Shown here: one piece after another, positions 1 through 10,652 of the stretch
Layout of the letters: each line of letters begins with the position of its first letter
Position numbering within the stretch: the stretch's first letter is position 1
NCBI GenBank assembly: GCA_963781585.1
Contig: CAWAGQ010000011.1
Location: 192,001 to 256,000, forward strand
Reading direction: 5' to 3'
Source of the DNA: an uncultured Gemmatimonadaceae bacterium
GTDB taxonomy: Bacteria > Gemmatimonadota > Gemmatimonadetes > Gemmatimonadales > Gemmatimonadaceae
DNA: 64,000 bases
Position numbers and translations under genes: made by a program
Notes under the pieces: model-generated
What the model was told of the DNA's origin: nothing
Seen by the model: only the letters and a program-made list of their open reading frames with translations
Database searches by the model: none

Positions 1-967
1 CGCCCGCGGCGAGTACCGCCACGCCAACGCAACCACCAGTCAGGCCGAAGCGGAGGCCGCTTCGGCCGGTGAGCGCGTCGCCGCCATCGCCGCCGCGGCC
101 TACATCCGGGTTCTCCACGCCCAGGCGCGGATGTTCGGCGCCACCATGGATTCTGCGACCGCCGACGAACTGCTCGCGATCGCGAAAGACCAACTCGCCG
201 CCGGCATTGGCGTGGCACTCGATGTCACCCGCGCCCAGACCCAGGCCGCCGAGTTTCGCCTGCGCCTCATCTCCGTGCGCAACGAGCGCGATCGCGCCCG
301 GCTGGACCTGCTCCGCGCGGTCGGGCTCCCGCTCGACGCCGACGTCGCCCTGACCGATTCGTTAGGCGCGCCGCTGCCCGGAGAGAGCGCGCCGGGTGAC
401 TCGACGGCGGTCGCAAGGGCGCTGGAGCGCCGCCCGGTCATACGCGCCGCCGCGGCGGCCGTTGAAGCGGCACGCCGCGACCGCGCCACCGACCGGGCGT
501 ACCGGCTCCCCTCGATTGCCGCCTTCGCCGACAAGGGAGTCACCAGCAATGCCTACGGCAATCTGCTCGGCACCTACAACTACGGCGTCCAGCTCTCGGT
601 GCCGGTCTTCGACGGATTCAAGACCCGCGCACGGGTCCAGGAAGCGGATGCCGTCCTGGAGGCCGCCGAAGCGCGGGAACGCGACGTGCGCCAGCAGGTA
701 ACGCTGGAGGTGCGACGCGCCCTCGTGGACCAGGAGGCGGCGCGGCAACAGGTGAGCGCGGCACAGGAACACCTCCAGCTCGCGCAGCAGGAACTCGATC
801 AGGCCCGCGAGCGTTTCCGCGTCGGCATTGCCGGGAACGCCGACGTGATCAGCGCGCAGCTCGCTCTCGGGTCGTCACGCGGCGCGCTGGCCGACGCCCT
901 GGCCGCACACCTGAATGCCCGCGTCGCCCTCGCGGCGGCTGAGGGCGAACTCACCACGCTACCGTAA
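1..967 (+). CDS. TolC-family outer membrane efflux protein (5'-truncated by window edge)
   Basis: Frame open from position 2; C-terminal 'QARERFRVGIAGNADVISAQ' and 'GVQLSVPVFDG' are typical of OEP/TolC; lies upstream of an MFP and an MFS gene. Confidence 0.9.
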   Translation, partial: ARGEYRHANATTSQAEAEAASAGERVAAIAAAAYIRVLHAQARMFGATMDSATADELLAIAKDQLAAGIGVALDVTRAQTQAAEFRLRLISVRNERDRARLDLLRAVGLPLDADVALTDSLGAPLPGESAPGDSTAVARALERRPVIRAAAAAVEAARRDRATDRAYRLPSIAAFADKGVTSNAYGNLLGTYNYGVQLSVPVFDGFKTRARVQEADAVLEAAEARERDVRQQVTLEVRRALVDQEAARQQVSAAQEHLQLAQQELDQARERFRVGIAGNADVISAQLALGSSRGALADALAAHLNARVALAAAEGELTTLP

Positions 968-1033
968 CGCACGCCATTCCCGGTGCGCGGCGCACCAAAC
1001 CGGAAGCCCGTCCAGCACCCGTCCCCGCCATCC

Positions 1034-2158
1034 ATGGCCACGACTGTCGAGAACCAACCAGCTACTGCTGCACATCCACCGAGCCCCGTGTCACCGCGTG
1101 ACCCGCGAGCGCGAATTCGACGGGCCGTCATCGTCATCGCCGTCCTGATCGCGGCGGTGGTGGCCGGCACGTGGGGGTATCGAGCCTGGCGCTACTCCCG
1201 GAGCCACGAGTCCACGGAGAACGCGCAGGTCGATGGACACATCGTTCCGGTGCTCGCCAAGGTGGGGGGCTTCGTCAGCGAGGTCCGGGTCGCCGAAAAC
1301 GATACCGTCCGGTCCGGGGACACACTCGTTATGCTCGGCGACGAGGAGTACCGCGTGAAGCTGGCGCAGGCTGACGCCGACCTGGCTGCCGCTGCCGCCA
1401 TGGCTGGTGCTGGCGCCGGTGCGGCGACCGGACAGGCCCAGGCGCAGGTGGGCACCGCCACGGGACAACAGTCGGCCATCGACGCGCAGATCGTGGCCGA
1501 GCGCGCCGTCGCGGCGAGGGCGAAATCCGACCTCGCGCGTTATGAAACACTGGCGACCCGCCAGATTGTCTCGCAGGCCCAGCTCGACCAGGCGCGGTCC
1601 GCGGCGCAGGAGGCGGACGCGCGGGTGCAGGCGCTGGAACAACAGGCGGCCGCCGCCGGAGCCACGGTGACGAGTGCCGAAGCCGGCGTCAGGCTGGCTC
1701 ATGCCCGACTGTTGGCCGCCCGGGCGGCGCGCGCGAATGCGGCCCTGCAGCTCGAGTACACGCGGGTGCTCGCCCCCGAGGGGGGCGTGATCGCCCGCAA
1801 GCAGGTCGAGAAGGGGCAGCTCGTGCAGGCGGGTCAGCCGCTCATGGCCATCGTGGCCGACACCGGCGTCTGGATCACCGCGAACTTCAAGGAGACCCAG
1901 CTCGCCACGGTGCACGTGGGCCAGCTGGTGGAGATCGATGTCGACGCGTACCAGGGATGTACGGTCGAGGGCCGGGTACAGAGCATCAGCTCCGCGACCG
2001 GCGCGCGCTTCGCTCTGCTGCCGCCCGACAACGCCACCGGCAACTTCACGAAGGTGGTGCAGCACGTTCCGGTCCGCATCGACGTCACGCGCGGCTGCGG
2101 ACCCGACCGGCCGCTCCGCCCCGGCATGTCCGCGGTGGCCCATGTGCGCGTCCGATAG
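1034..2158 (+). CDS. HlyD/EmrA-family membrane fusion protein
   Basis: N-terminal TM, 'STENAQVDG', 'ANFKETQL', 'FALLPPDNATGNFTKVVQ' EmrA signature; ATG at 1034 preferred over GTG at 983. Confidence 0.93.
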   Translation: MATTVENQPATAAHPPSPVSPRDPRARIRRAVIVIAVLIAAVVAGTWGYRAWRYSRSHESTENAQVDGHIVPVLAKVGGFVSEVRVAENDTVRSGDTLVMLGDEEYRVKLAQADADLAAAAAMAGAGAGAATGQAQAQVGTATGQQSAIDAQIVAERAVAARAKSDLARYETLATRQIVSQAQLDQARSAAQEADARVQALEQQAAAAGATVTSAEAGVRLAHARLLAARAARANAALQLEYTRVLAPEGGVIARKQVEKGQLVQAGQPLMAIVADTGVWITANFKETQLATVHVGQLVEIDVDAYQGCTVEGRVQSISSATGARFALLPPDNATGNFTKVVQHVPVRIDVTRGCGPDRPLRPGMSAVAHVRVR

Positions 2159-2248
2159 ATCGCAGGAAACGCGATCGACGACCTCCCCTGCGCGTTCCGG
2201 GTCGATCCGCGCGGGTCGGCCGGAGCCGCTCACCCCGGTGCCTGACGA

Positions 2249-3868
2249 GTGACATCGGTTCCGGGAGCGCTCACGGGGAGGCACGGTCCAGCCGGCGTGG
2301 CCGCGCGGCCGGTCCCTCGCGATCGCGGCGAGCCGCACAAGTACCTCATCGCGCTCGCGGTCGTGCTCGCGTCGCTGATGCAGGTGATCGACACTTCGAT
2401 CGTCAACGTGGCCATCCCGCACATGATGGGCGAACTCGGCGCCAGCATCGACGAGATCGCCTGGGTGTCCACCGGCTACATCCTCGCCAGCGTCATCGTC
2501 ATCCCCATGACCGGCTGGCTGGCGGCGTTCTTCGGTCGCAAGCGGTACTTCACCACCTCGATCATCATCTTCACGATCGCGTCGTTCTTCTGCGGCGCGT
2601 CGGGTTCACTCGGCACCCTGATCTTCTGGCGGATCGTGCAGGGCATCGGCGGAGGCGCCCTCCTCGCCACATCCCAGGCGGTGCTGTACGAGGCGTTCCC
2701 AAGGGACGAAATCGGCACCGCGATGGCACTGTTCGGGGTGGGCGTGATGATTGGCCCAACGATCGGTCCCACGTTAGGCGGGTGGCTCACCGACAACTAC
2801 AGCTGGCCGTGGATCTTCTTCATCAACGTGCCGATCGGGATCGCGGCCGCGTCGATGGTGGTCGCCTACGTCCACGACACGGCATACCAGATCAAGGCGA
2901 AGACGGTCGACTACCTCGGGATCGTCCTGCTCGCGGTCTCGGTCTCGTCGCTCCAGTATCTGCTGGAGCATGGCCAGCGGGAAGGCTGGTTCGAATCATC
3001 GCTCATCCTGGCGCTGGCCGTGGTCGGGATTGTGGCCGGCTGCGCGCTGGTGTGGCGTGAACTCACGGTCGACGAGCCGGTGGTGGACTTCCGCATCCTC
3101 CGACACCGCGACGTCACCATCGGCATCGTGATCGGGGTGGTCTTCGGGGTCGGACTCTTCGGCTCGGTGTTCGTCCTCCCGATCTTTCTCCAGGGCATGC
3201 TGCACATGTCCGCCTGGCAGACCGGGTGGGTGATCTTCCCCGGCGCGGTGGCGACCGCCATCTCCATGGCAATCGTCGGCCGCATCACCAACTACGTCGA
3301 TGCCCGACTGTTACTGACGGTGGGAACGTCGCTCTTCTTCTATTCGATGTGGGGGCTCGCCCACATGACCGCGACGGCGGGTGCCCAGGACTTCTTCCTG
3401 CCGCTCGTCTGGCGCGGCCTCGGGTTGGGGATGATGTTCGTTCCCCTCACCAACATCACGCTCGCCGACCTCAGCCTGCGCGAGCTGGCGCAGGGGACGG
3501 CCTTGTCGAACTTCCTGCGCCAATTGGGTGGCTCGTTCGGCATCGCCACCATGGCCTCGCTGCTCACCCGGTTCACCAGCCAGGCGAAGAATGTTCTGGT
3601 TGAACACGTGTCGGCGTACGACCCGGCCACGCTGGAGCGACTCTCGATGTTCACGCGCGGGTTCATGGCACGCGGCATGGATCCCGAGACGGCGCGCCGG
3701 ATGGCCCTGACCGCCATCGACAACCAGGTGCTGGGGCAGGCCAACGTGATCGCCTTCGGCAAGGTGTATTTCCTCAGCGGTCTGCTCCTGCTTTCGACAC
3801 TGCCGCTGCTGCTCTTCGTCAAGAAGACGTTGCCCACCGACGAAGGCCCGCGCGCGCACGCCGAGTAG
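2249..3868 (+). CDS. DHA2 (EmrB/QacA) MFS efflux transporter
   Basis: 'MQVIDTSIVNVAIP', 'WVSTGY', 'WPWIFFINVPIG' motifs; many TM helices; follows the EmrA-like gene. Confidence 0.93.
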   Translation: MTSVPGALTGRHGPAGVAARPVPRDRGEPHKYLIALAVVLASLMQVIDTSIVNVAIPHMMGELGASIDEIAWVSTGYILASVIVIPMTGWLAAFFGRKRYFTTSIIIFTIASFFCGASGSLGTLIFWRIVQGIGGGALLATSQAVLYEAFPRDEIGTAMALFGVGVMIGPTIGPTLGGWLTDNYSWPWIFFINVPIGIAAASMVVAYVHDTAYQIKAKTVDYLGIVLLAVSVSSLQYLLEHGQREGWFESSLILALAVVGIVAGCALVWRELTVDEPVVDFRILRHRDVTIGIVIGVVFGVGLFGSVFVLPIFLQGMLHMSAWQTGWVIFPGAVATAISMAIVGRITNYVDARLLLTVGTSLFFYSMWGLAHMTATAGAQDFFLPLVWRGLGLGMMFVPLTNITLADLSLRELAQGTALSNFLRQLGGSFGIATMASLLTRFTSQAKNVLVEHVSAYDPATLERLSMFTRGFMARGMDPETARRMALTAIDNQVLGQANVIAFGKVYFLSGLLLLSTLPLLLFVKKTLPTDEGPRAHAE

Positions 3869-3995
3869 CCCGGCTGCGCCGAGCGCACGGGCTCTGTTCG
3901 CGGATTGCCTCTGGCCAACGCGAACGGCGTCCGCCATATCATATGAAGGAGCAGCGGTCAGCCATCAGCCATCGTCAGCGATCGGAGGCATCCCC

Positions 3996-4469
3996 ATGCC
4001 GCTACAGAAGCTGAGGGAGTTCCTCGATCGGCACAGCGCGAAGTATGTGACCGTATCGCACTCACTGGCCTACACGGCCCAGGAGATCGCGGCGTCGGCG
4101 CACGTGTCGGGCAGGGAAATGGCGAAGACGCTCATGGTGAAGCTGGACGGCCGGCTCGTGATGGTCGTGCTGCCGGCGTCCGAGAAGCTCGACTTCGATC
4201 TGCTGAGAGACGCCACCGGCGCGCGCACCGCGGAGCTCGCGACCGAGAACGAGTTCGCCGGACTGTTCGTGGGTTGTGAGCTGGGTGCGATGCCGCCGTT
4301 CGGCAATCTCTATGGTGTGGACGTGTACGTGTCCAGCGGACTCGCCCGGGACGAAGAGATCGCGTTCAACGCCGGATCGCATACGGAGCTGGTTCGGATG
4401 TCGTACGCCGACTTCGAGCGCCTCGTGAAACCGACGAAGATCGTCTCGATCGCCCAGCGCCCGCGGTAG
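3996..4469 (+). CDS. YbaK/EbsC-family aminoacyl-tRNA deacylase
   Basis: 'AKTLMV', 'GCELGAMPPFG', 'FNAGSH' motifs; GGAGG RBS upstream. Confidence 0.9.
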   Translation: MPLQKLREFLDRHSAKYVTVSHSLAYTAQEIAASAHVSGREMAKTLMVKLDGRLVMVVLPASEKLDFDLLRDATGARTAELATENEFAGLFVGCELGAMPPFGNLYGVDVYVSSGLARDEEIAFNAGSHTELVRMSYADFERLVKPTKIVSIAQRPR

Positions 4470-4727
4470 TAACGTAGAGAAAGGCTCTCCCGTGGGCTGA
4501 TCCAGGACGCGGATCTCGCCGGCGACCAGGCTCAATTCCGGAGCTGTGGGCTCTGCGACCTCTGTGCTCTCCGTGGTTCAGACGACTCGTTCCTGTTCAC
4601 AGCGAGCATCACAAACGCAGAAGGCGGCGCTGGCGCATGTGGCGACCCACGAGCCTCTTCACGCTGCGGCTCGAGCGATTGGCTGCGGAAAGAGCTGCCC
4701 GTGAATCCTCCGCGTGCTCCGCGGTGT

Positions 4728-7184
4728 TCAGCTTTCGCGCAGTACCCGCATCGGCTCCACCCGCGCCGCGCGCCGTGCCGGCACGTAGCTGGCCACCAGC
4801 GCCACCCCCATCAGCAGCAGCGCCACGCCAACGAACGAAAGCGGATCCGTGGCGGCGACCCCGAACAGGAAACGCGTCAGCAGGCCGGTGAGCGCAAAGG
4901 CGATTGCCGCGCCCACCACCACCCCGATTCCCGCCAGGAGCCCGCCCTCGCCCAGCACCATCCGCACTACATCGCCGGTCCGAGCGCCTAACGCCACGCG
5001 CACGCCGATCTCCCGTGTGCGCTGGGTCACCAGGAACGCGATCACGCTGTACACCCCCAGCGTTGCCAGCACCAGGGCCGCGCCGCCGAACACGCCCACC
5101 AGCACGAGCAGAAACCGCCGGTCGGCCAGCGAGCTCGCCACGATGGTCTCGATCGTCCGGAATCGCGGCGGCACGTCGGGACGCAGCGTGCGCACGATGC
5201 GCTGCACCGGCCCAATGACGGTAGCCGGCGCCGTTGATCGAATAACGACGTTGATCGAGCTCACCGCGTTCGGTCGCTGGCGGTAGAACGCGTAAAACGT
5301 CGGGCGGGGATCAGCCGCCAGACTGGCCTCGTGCACGTCTCCAACCACGCCCACGATCGTGAAGGGCGTGATGTCGCCATCCATGTTGCCGAACTCGATG
5401 ACCTTGCCGATCGGATCCACACCGGGCCAGCGCGTCTTCGCCAGCGATTCGCTGATCAGCGCAACATGGGGCGCGTCGGGCGCGTCGCGATCCTCGAACA
5501 GCCGGCCGCGCAGCAGCGGGATCCCCATCGTCGGGAAATAGCCCGCGCTGGCCACCCGGAACTCCGCGTACCCGGTCCGCGTGGAGTCGTGCATCAGTGC
5601 TTCCATGTTCGACCGATCCAGAGGCTCGTTCACGCTGCGCATGATGAGAAACGTGCCATTGCCGGCGCTCGACTCCGTGAGCGGGAATGCGCTCACTCCC
5701 CCGACTCCGGTCACGCCGGGCAGCTGTCCGATCTGCGACAGCAGGTCGTCGTAGAACCGAACCAGCTCCCGCCTCGCCCCTTCATTGCCCGGGTACGGGA
5801 GCGCCACGTCGAGCACCGTCGCCCGGGTCGTGCGAAACCCGGGGTTCACGTCAACCAGGTGGAGAAAGCTCCGGCCCAGTAGCCCCGCGCCAACCAGCAA
5901 CACGAGCGTCAACGCAATCTGCGACACCACCAGCGTCGAGCGGATCCGGACGCCCGACCCCACGCCCGACTGCGTGCGCTGCGATTCGGCCAGCGCTTCG
6001 CGCAGCTCGCCGCGCGTCCCCCGCCAGGCGGTCAGCAGCCCCAGCGCCACCGCCGCCAGCACCGAGACGCCTAACGCGAATCCGAGCACCGGCAGATCCA
6101 CCCGCACTTCGCCCACCCGCGGCAACTTCCCGGGATCGAGAACGAGCAGCGCTTTCACCCCCTCCCACGCCAGAAGAACACCAAGGAGTCCACCCATCAG
6201 GCTCAACACCAGGGATTCGGCGAGGAACTGCCGCGCCAGACGCCCGCGTCCCGCTCCCAGCGCCAGCCGCAACGCCACCTCGCCGCGCCGCGCCGACAAG
6301 CGCGCCACCAGGAGGTTCACCACGTTGGCGCACGCGATCGCCAGCAGCAGGATCGCGGCACCGAGCAGTACCAGCAGCGCGGGCCGCACGTCGCCCGTCA
6401 TCTGCTCGCGCAGTGGAACGACGGCGGCGTCGGTGAGATTGACGAAGTCGCCGTATTGCGACTTGAGCCGTCGCGAGATGGCGGTCATCTCGCGACGGGC
6501 CGTCTCCAGGGAGACACCGTCCCGAAGCCGCCCCAGCACCCGCCAGTTGTGCGCCGTGCGGCTCGGATACCGCTGACTGAGCTCGCGCGGCATCCACAGA
6601 TCGACCCCCACGGGGAAATCGACCTGCGGCGGCATCACGCCCACCACCGTGTAGGTCGCCCCCTCCATGGCGAGCGTCGCCGAGCCGACGGCCGACGGAT
6701 TGGCGCCGAGGTAGCTCCGCCAGAATGCGTCGCTCACGACAACGGTCCCCGGCCCACCAAACGTCTGCTCGTCGCGAGAGAAGAGACGACCCCGCGAGGG
6801 ATGCACCCCGAGCGCCGGAAAGAAGTCGGCCGAGACACTCGCCGCGCGGACGCGCGCCGGCTCCGATCCGCCGGACACCGACACCACGCTTCCGCCGGTG
6901 AACTCCGCGAGGGCGGCAAAGCTATGGCTCTGCGATCTCCAATCCTCGAAATTCGGATCCGCCGCATTCATCTGATGGCCGCTCGCACCCACCTCCCAGA
7001 CCTGCACGATCCGGTCGGCGCCGGGATACGGAAGTGGGCGCAGCAGCACGCCGTTGATGACCGAGAAGATGGCGGTCGTGGCACCGACGCCAAGTCCGAG
7101 CGTCAGAACCGTGACGCCGAAGAAACCGGGTGTGCGCAACAACGCGCGGGTCACATAGCGAATGTCGCGGAGGAAGGAATCCAT
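4728..7184 (-). CDS. ADOP-type duplicated ABC transporter permease (MacB_PCD/FtsX x2)
   Basis: 'TLGLGVGATTAIFSV', 'IACANVVNL', 'RTREIGVRVALGA', C-terminal 'PARRAARVEPM'. Confidence 0.92.
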   Translation of the reverse strand: MDSFLRDIRYVTRALLRTPGFFGVTVLTLGLGVGATTAIFSVINGVLLRPLPYPGADRIVQVWEVGASGHQMNAADPNFEDWRSQSHSFAALAEFTGGSVVSVSGGSEPARVRAASVSADFFPALGVHPSRGRLFSRDEQTFGGPGTVVVSDAFWRSYLGANPSAVGSATLAMEGATYTVVGVMPPQVDFPVGVDLWMPRELSQRYPSRTAHNWRVLGRLRDGVSLETARREMTAISRRLKSQYGDFVNLTDAAVVPLREQMTGDVRPALLVLLGAAILLLAIACANVVNLLVARLSARRGEVALRLALGAGRGRLARQFLAESLVLSLMGGLLGVLLAWEGVKALLVLDPGKLPRVGEVRVDLPVLGFALGVSVLAAVALGLLTAWRGTRGELREALAESQRTQSGVGSGVRIRSTLVVSQIALTLVLLVGAGLLGRSFLHLVDVNPGFRTTRATVLDVALPYPGNEGARRELVRFYDDLLSQIGQLPGVTGVGGVSAFPLTESSAGNGTFLIMRSVNEPLDRSNMEALMHDSTRTGYAEFRVASAGYFPTMGIPLLRGRLFEDRDAPDAPHVALISESLAKTRWPGVDPIGKVIEFGNMDGDITPFTIVGVVGDVHEASLAADPRPTFYAFYRQRPNAVSSINVVIRSTAPATVIGPVQRIVRTLRPDVPPRFRTIETIVASSLADRRFLLVLVGVFGGAALVLATLGVYSVIAFLVTQRTREIGVRVALGARTGDVVRMVLGEGGLLAGIGVVVGAAIAFALTGLLTRFLFGVAATDPLSFVGVALLLMGVALVASYVPARRAARVEPMRVLRES

Positions 7185-7478
7185 GGTGTCCCCTGTGGAT
7201 CGAGGGCGGCGACGTACGGTTGTCGGCTGCCTGCTAACTCGAAGGAATCGCGCGAGGTCGATCCGGGTCGACTACGGAACGCACCCCTGTCCGGATTCGA
7301 CAGTGCAAGGCGCCGAACAGGTTTCGGTCGCGCGCCGGGTCCATCACGCCCCGTTCGGCCACGGCAGGCACATAGAGTACGTTGCCGGCGACTGACTGAG
7401 AAGCCCCGGGAATCCGCTCGCTGGTAGCCGCTCCAGTCACGGCGCCCTACATTTGCGCGGTCGTTCAGCTCAGGACGC

Positions 7479-10400
7479 GTGACCACAGACATCAGGACGC
7501 AACTTCAGGCGACACTCGGCGCTGCCTACACCCTCGAGCGTGAACTCGGGGGCGGCGGCATGTCGCGTGTGTTCGTGGCCAACGAGACCGCGCTCAACCG
7601 CAAGGTGGTCGTGAAGGTCCTGCCCCCCGACCTCGCGGCTTCGGTCAGCGTCGACCGCTTCAAGCGCGAGATCCAGGTCGCCGCAGCCCTCCAGCACCCC
7701 CACATCGTTCCCGTGCTGGCCAGCGGCGAAGTGGAAGGCCTGCCCTTCTACACCATGCCGTTCGTCGATGGAGCGAGCCTGCGCGCGCGACTCGCGGGCG
7801 GCCCCCTTCCCATCCCCGAGATCACGGCCATCCTGCGCGACGTGGCCAAGGCATTGGCGTTCGCGCACGATCGCGGCGTCATTCACAGGGACGTGAAGCC
7901 GGACAATGTGCTGCTCACAGGCGGCAGCGCGACGGTCACCGACTTCGGCATCGCCAAAGCGCTGAGCGCATCACGCCTCGAAGGGGTCGCGGCAGCCACG
8001 CTTACCCAACTCGGCACGTCGCTCGGCACACCGGCGTACATGGCGCCCGAACAGGCGGCGGGCGACCCGTCGGCCGATCATCGTGCCGACATCTATTCAT
8101 TTGGCGCCATGGCGTACGAGCTGCTGACCGGCCAGCCGCCGTTTCACGGACTGTCGCCGCAGAAGCTCCTCGCGGCGCAAATGGGAGAGCGCCCCGTACC
8201 GGTGTCCGACCTTCGTCCCGACACGCCGCCGGTGCTGGCCGAGCTGGTGATGCGCTGCCTCGAAAAAGAGGCGCAAGCACGGCCACAGCGCGCCGCCGAT
8301 ATCCTGGCCGCGCTCGACTCCTCAACCAGCGCCGGGTCGCAAGCCGCGATGCCCGCCGTGCTGCTGGGAGGGCGTGGGGCGCTGAGGAAGGCGCTTGCCA
8401 TCTACGCCGGCGCCTTCATCGTCGTGGCCGTGCTGACCAGGGCGGCGATCGTCGGCATCGGGCTTCCCGATTGGGTCTTTCCCGGCGCGCTGATCGTCAT
8501 GGCGCTCGGACTCCCGATTATCCTCTTTACGGCCTACGTGCATCGCGCCACGCAGCGGGCGCTCACCGCCACCCCGACGCTGACCCCCGGCGGTTCGGCG
8601 GCGCCGGCCTCGACCATGGCCACCCTCGCCATCAAGGCCGCGCCGATGATGAGCTGGCGTCGCACCACGATGGGCGGCGTGTATGCGGTGGGCGGCTTCA
8701 TTGTCCTGGTCGGTGCCTGGATGCTGATGCGCGCGTTAGGCATCGGACCGGCCGCGTCGCTCATGGCGGCCGGCAAGCTCGACGCGCGGGAACGCGTCAT
8801 CCTCGCGGATTTCAAGGGTCAGTCCGAGGATTCCACGCTGCGCCTGACGGTTACCGAGGCGTTCCGCGCAGACCTCGCGCAATCCAACGCACTCACGGTG
8901 ATGTCCGCCAACTCCGTTCGCGAGACGCTCCGTCGGATGCAGCGCCCGATCACCACCCCGGTGGACTATCCCGTGGCCCGGGAGATCGCCACCCGCGAAG
9001 GCATCAAGGCCGTCATCGAAGGCGAGGTCCTGAGCCTCGGCGGTCGCTACGTGCTGTCGGCGCGCCTGGTGGCCGCCCAGACGGGCGACGAGCTCGCGAG
9101 CTTCAGCGAGAATGCCAGCGACGCCAACGACATCATTCCCGCCATCAGCCGGCTGTCGAAGAAGCTGCGCGCCAGGACCGGCGAATCGCTCCGGAATATC
9201 CAGAACGCACGGACGCTGGAGAAAGTGACAACCCCGTCCCTCGACGCACTGGAGAAGTACATGTCGGCCATCCGGGCGATGGAGATCGACGGGGATTTCG
9301 CACGGGGCCGCGAGCTCCTCGAGCAGGCGATCGCCATTGACACCGGATTCGCCATGGCCTACCGCAAGCTCGCGGTCGAATTGAACAACCGCGGGCTGGA
9401 GCCGGCGCGCGTCTCCGAAGCCATCCAGCAGGCGTACGATCACCGCGAGCGGCTCAGCGAATCGGAGCGATACCTGACGGAGGCGATCTACTACTCGTAC
9501 GGACCCCATCCGGACGCATCCAAGGTGACATCCGCGTACGAGACACTCCTGCAGCGCGATCCGGAAAACACCACCGCCCTGAACAACCTCGCCATCGTGT
9601 ACATGTTCCGGCGCCAGTTCGCGCGCGCGGAAACGCTGCTGGTACGCGGGGTCGGGCTCCAGAACGCCGCGGCCGTATATCACGTGAACCTGATCGAAGC
9701 GCAGCTGGAGCAGGGGAAGCTCGCCGAGGCCGAGGCGACTGTGACACGGGCGGTGACCAGCCTGCCTCGGAATCCCGGCATCGCCATGTACGTGCGGGGC
9801 CAGTACGAGCTCGCGCGCGGGAAGTTCGACGACGTCGCGCGGTTTGTCGACAGCATTCGCGCCGACCGCGGTGGAGATCTGTCCACGCAGCGGGACGCGG
9901 ACCTCATGCTGGCCACGCTGTCTGCCGTCCGGGGCAAGTTACAGGACGCCGTCCGCTGGAGGCGCACGTCGCGGGACGCCGCGCTGCAGATCGGGGCGCC
10001 GCAGGCGAAGCTCCGAACCACGCTCGATGAAGCGGTCGTCGACATGTGGTATCGCGACCGGAAGGACGAAGCTGTCAGGGGTGTTGACACAGCACTTCGT
10101 CAGGGCGCCCTGGATTCCTTGCGGGCGGACCTGCGCCCCTACGAAAACCTGACATGGTTCTACGCTCGAGCGGGTCAGGTGGCACGAGCCAGAGCCATGC
10201 TGGCTGGTTATGACAGCACCCGGTCCGCACAGGAACCCGAGCAATTCGCCGCGGCCCAGCATCGCATGCAGGGGGACATCGCGCTCGCCGAAAGCCGATG
10301 GGATGACGCAGCACGCGAACTGCGCGCCGGACAAACCGGCGAGTGCACCACCTGCACCCTTCCCGACCTCGCCCGTGCCTACGACCTCGCCGGCAATGCC

Positions 10401-10652
10401 GACTCCGCCATCGCCGTCCTGTCGCGCTACCAGAGCGCCGGATATCGAGATTTGGCCACCGATGCTGTAAACCTCGCCGGCTCGCACAAGCGGCTCGCCG
10501 AACTGTACGACGCCAGGAACGATCGCCAGAACGCGATGTCCCAGTACGCGCAGTTCATCGAACTCTGGAAGAACGCCGATCCGGAGCTGCAACCCCTGGT
10601 GAAGCAGGCGCGCGACCGCCTCGCGACGCTCCAGCGCGCCGAGCGCAAGTGA
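7479..10652 (+). CDS. Ser/Thr protein kinase with TM helices and C-terminal TPR-like domain
   Basis: GGGGMS, VVVK, HRDVKPDN, DFG and APE Hanks motifs; TM block; C-terminal 'ELWKNADPELQP'. Confidence 0.92.
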   Translation: MTTDIRTQLQATLGAAYTLERELGGGGMSRVFVANETALNRKVVVKVLPPDLAASVSVDRFKREIQVAAALQHPHIVPVLASGEVEGLPFYTMPFVDGASLRARLAGGPLPIPEITAILRDVAKALAFAHDRGVIHRDVKPDNVLLTGGSATVTDFGIAKALSASRLEGVAAATLTQLGTSLGTPAYMAPEQAAGDPSADHRADIYSFGAMAYELLTGQPPFHGLSPQKLLAAQMGERPVPVSDLRPDTPPVLAELVMRCLEKEAQARPQRAADILAALDSSTSAGSQAAMPAVLLGGRGALRKALAIYAGAFIVVAVLTRAAIVGIGLPDWVFPGALIVMALGLPIILFTAYVHRATQRALTATPTLTPGGSAAPASTMATLAIKAAPMMSWRRTTMGGVYAVGGFIVLVGAWMLMRALGIGPAASLMAAGKLDARERVILADFKGQSEDSTLRLTVTEAFRADLAQSNALTVMSANSVRETLRRMQRPITTPVDYPVAREIATREGIKAVIEGEVLSLGGRYVLSARLVAAQTGDELASFSENASDANDIIPAISRLSKKLRARTGESLRNIQNARTLEKVTTPSLDALEKYMSAIRAMEIDGDFARGRELLEQAIAIDTGFAMAYRKLAVELNNRGLEPARVSEAIQQAYDHRERLSESERYLTEAIYYSYGPHPDASKVTSAYETLLQRDPENTTALNNLAIVYMFRRQFARAETLLVRGVGLQNAAAVYHVNLIEAQLEQGKLAEAEATVTRAVTSLPRNPGIAMYVRGQYELARGKFDDVARFVDSIRADRGGDLSTQRDADLMLATLSAVRGKLQDAVRWRRTSRDAALQIGAPQAKLRTTLDEAVVDMWYRDRKDEAVRGVDTALRQGALDSLRADLRPYENLTWFYARAGQVARARAMLAGYDSTRSAQEPEQFAAAQHRMQGDIALAESRWDDAARELRAGQTGECTTCTLPDLARAYDLAGNADSAIAVLSRYQSAGYRDLATDAVNLAGSHKRLAELYDARNDRQNAMSQYAQFIELWKNADPELQPLVKQARDRLATLQRAERK

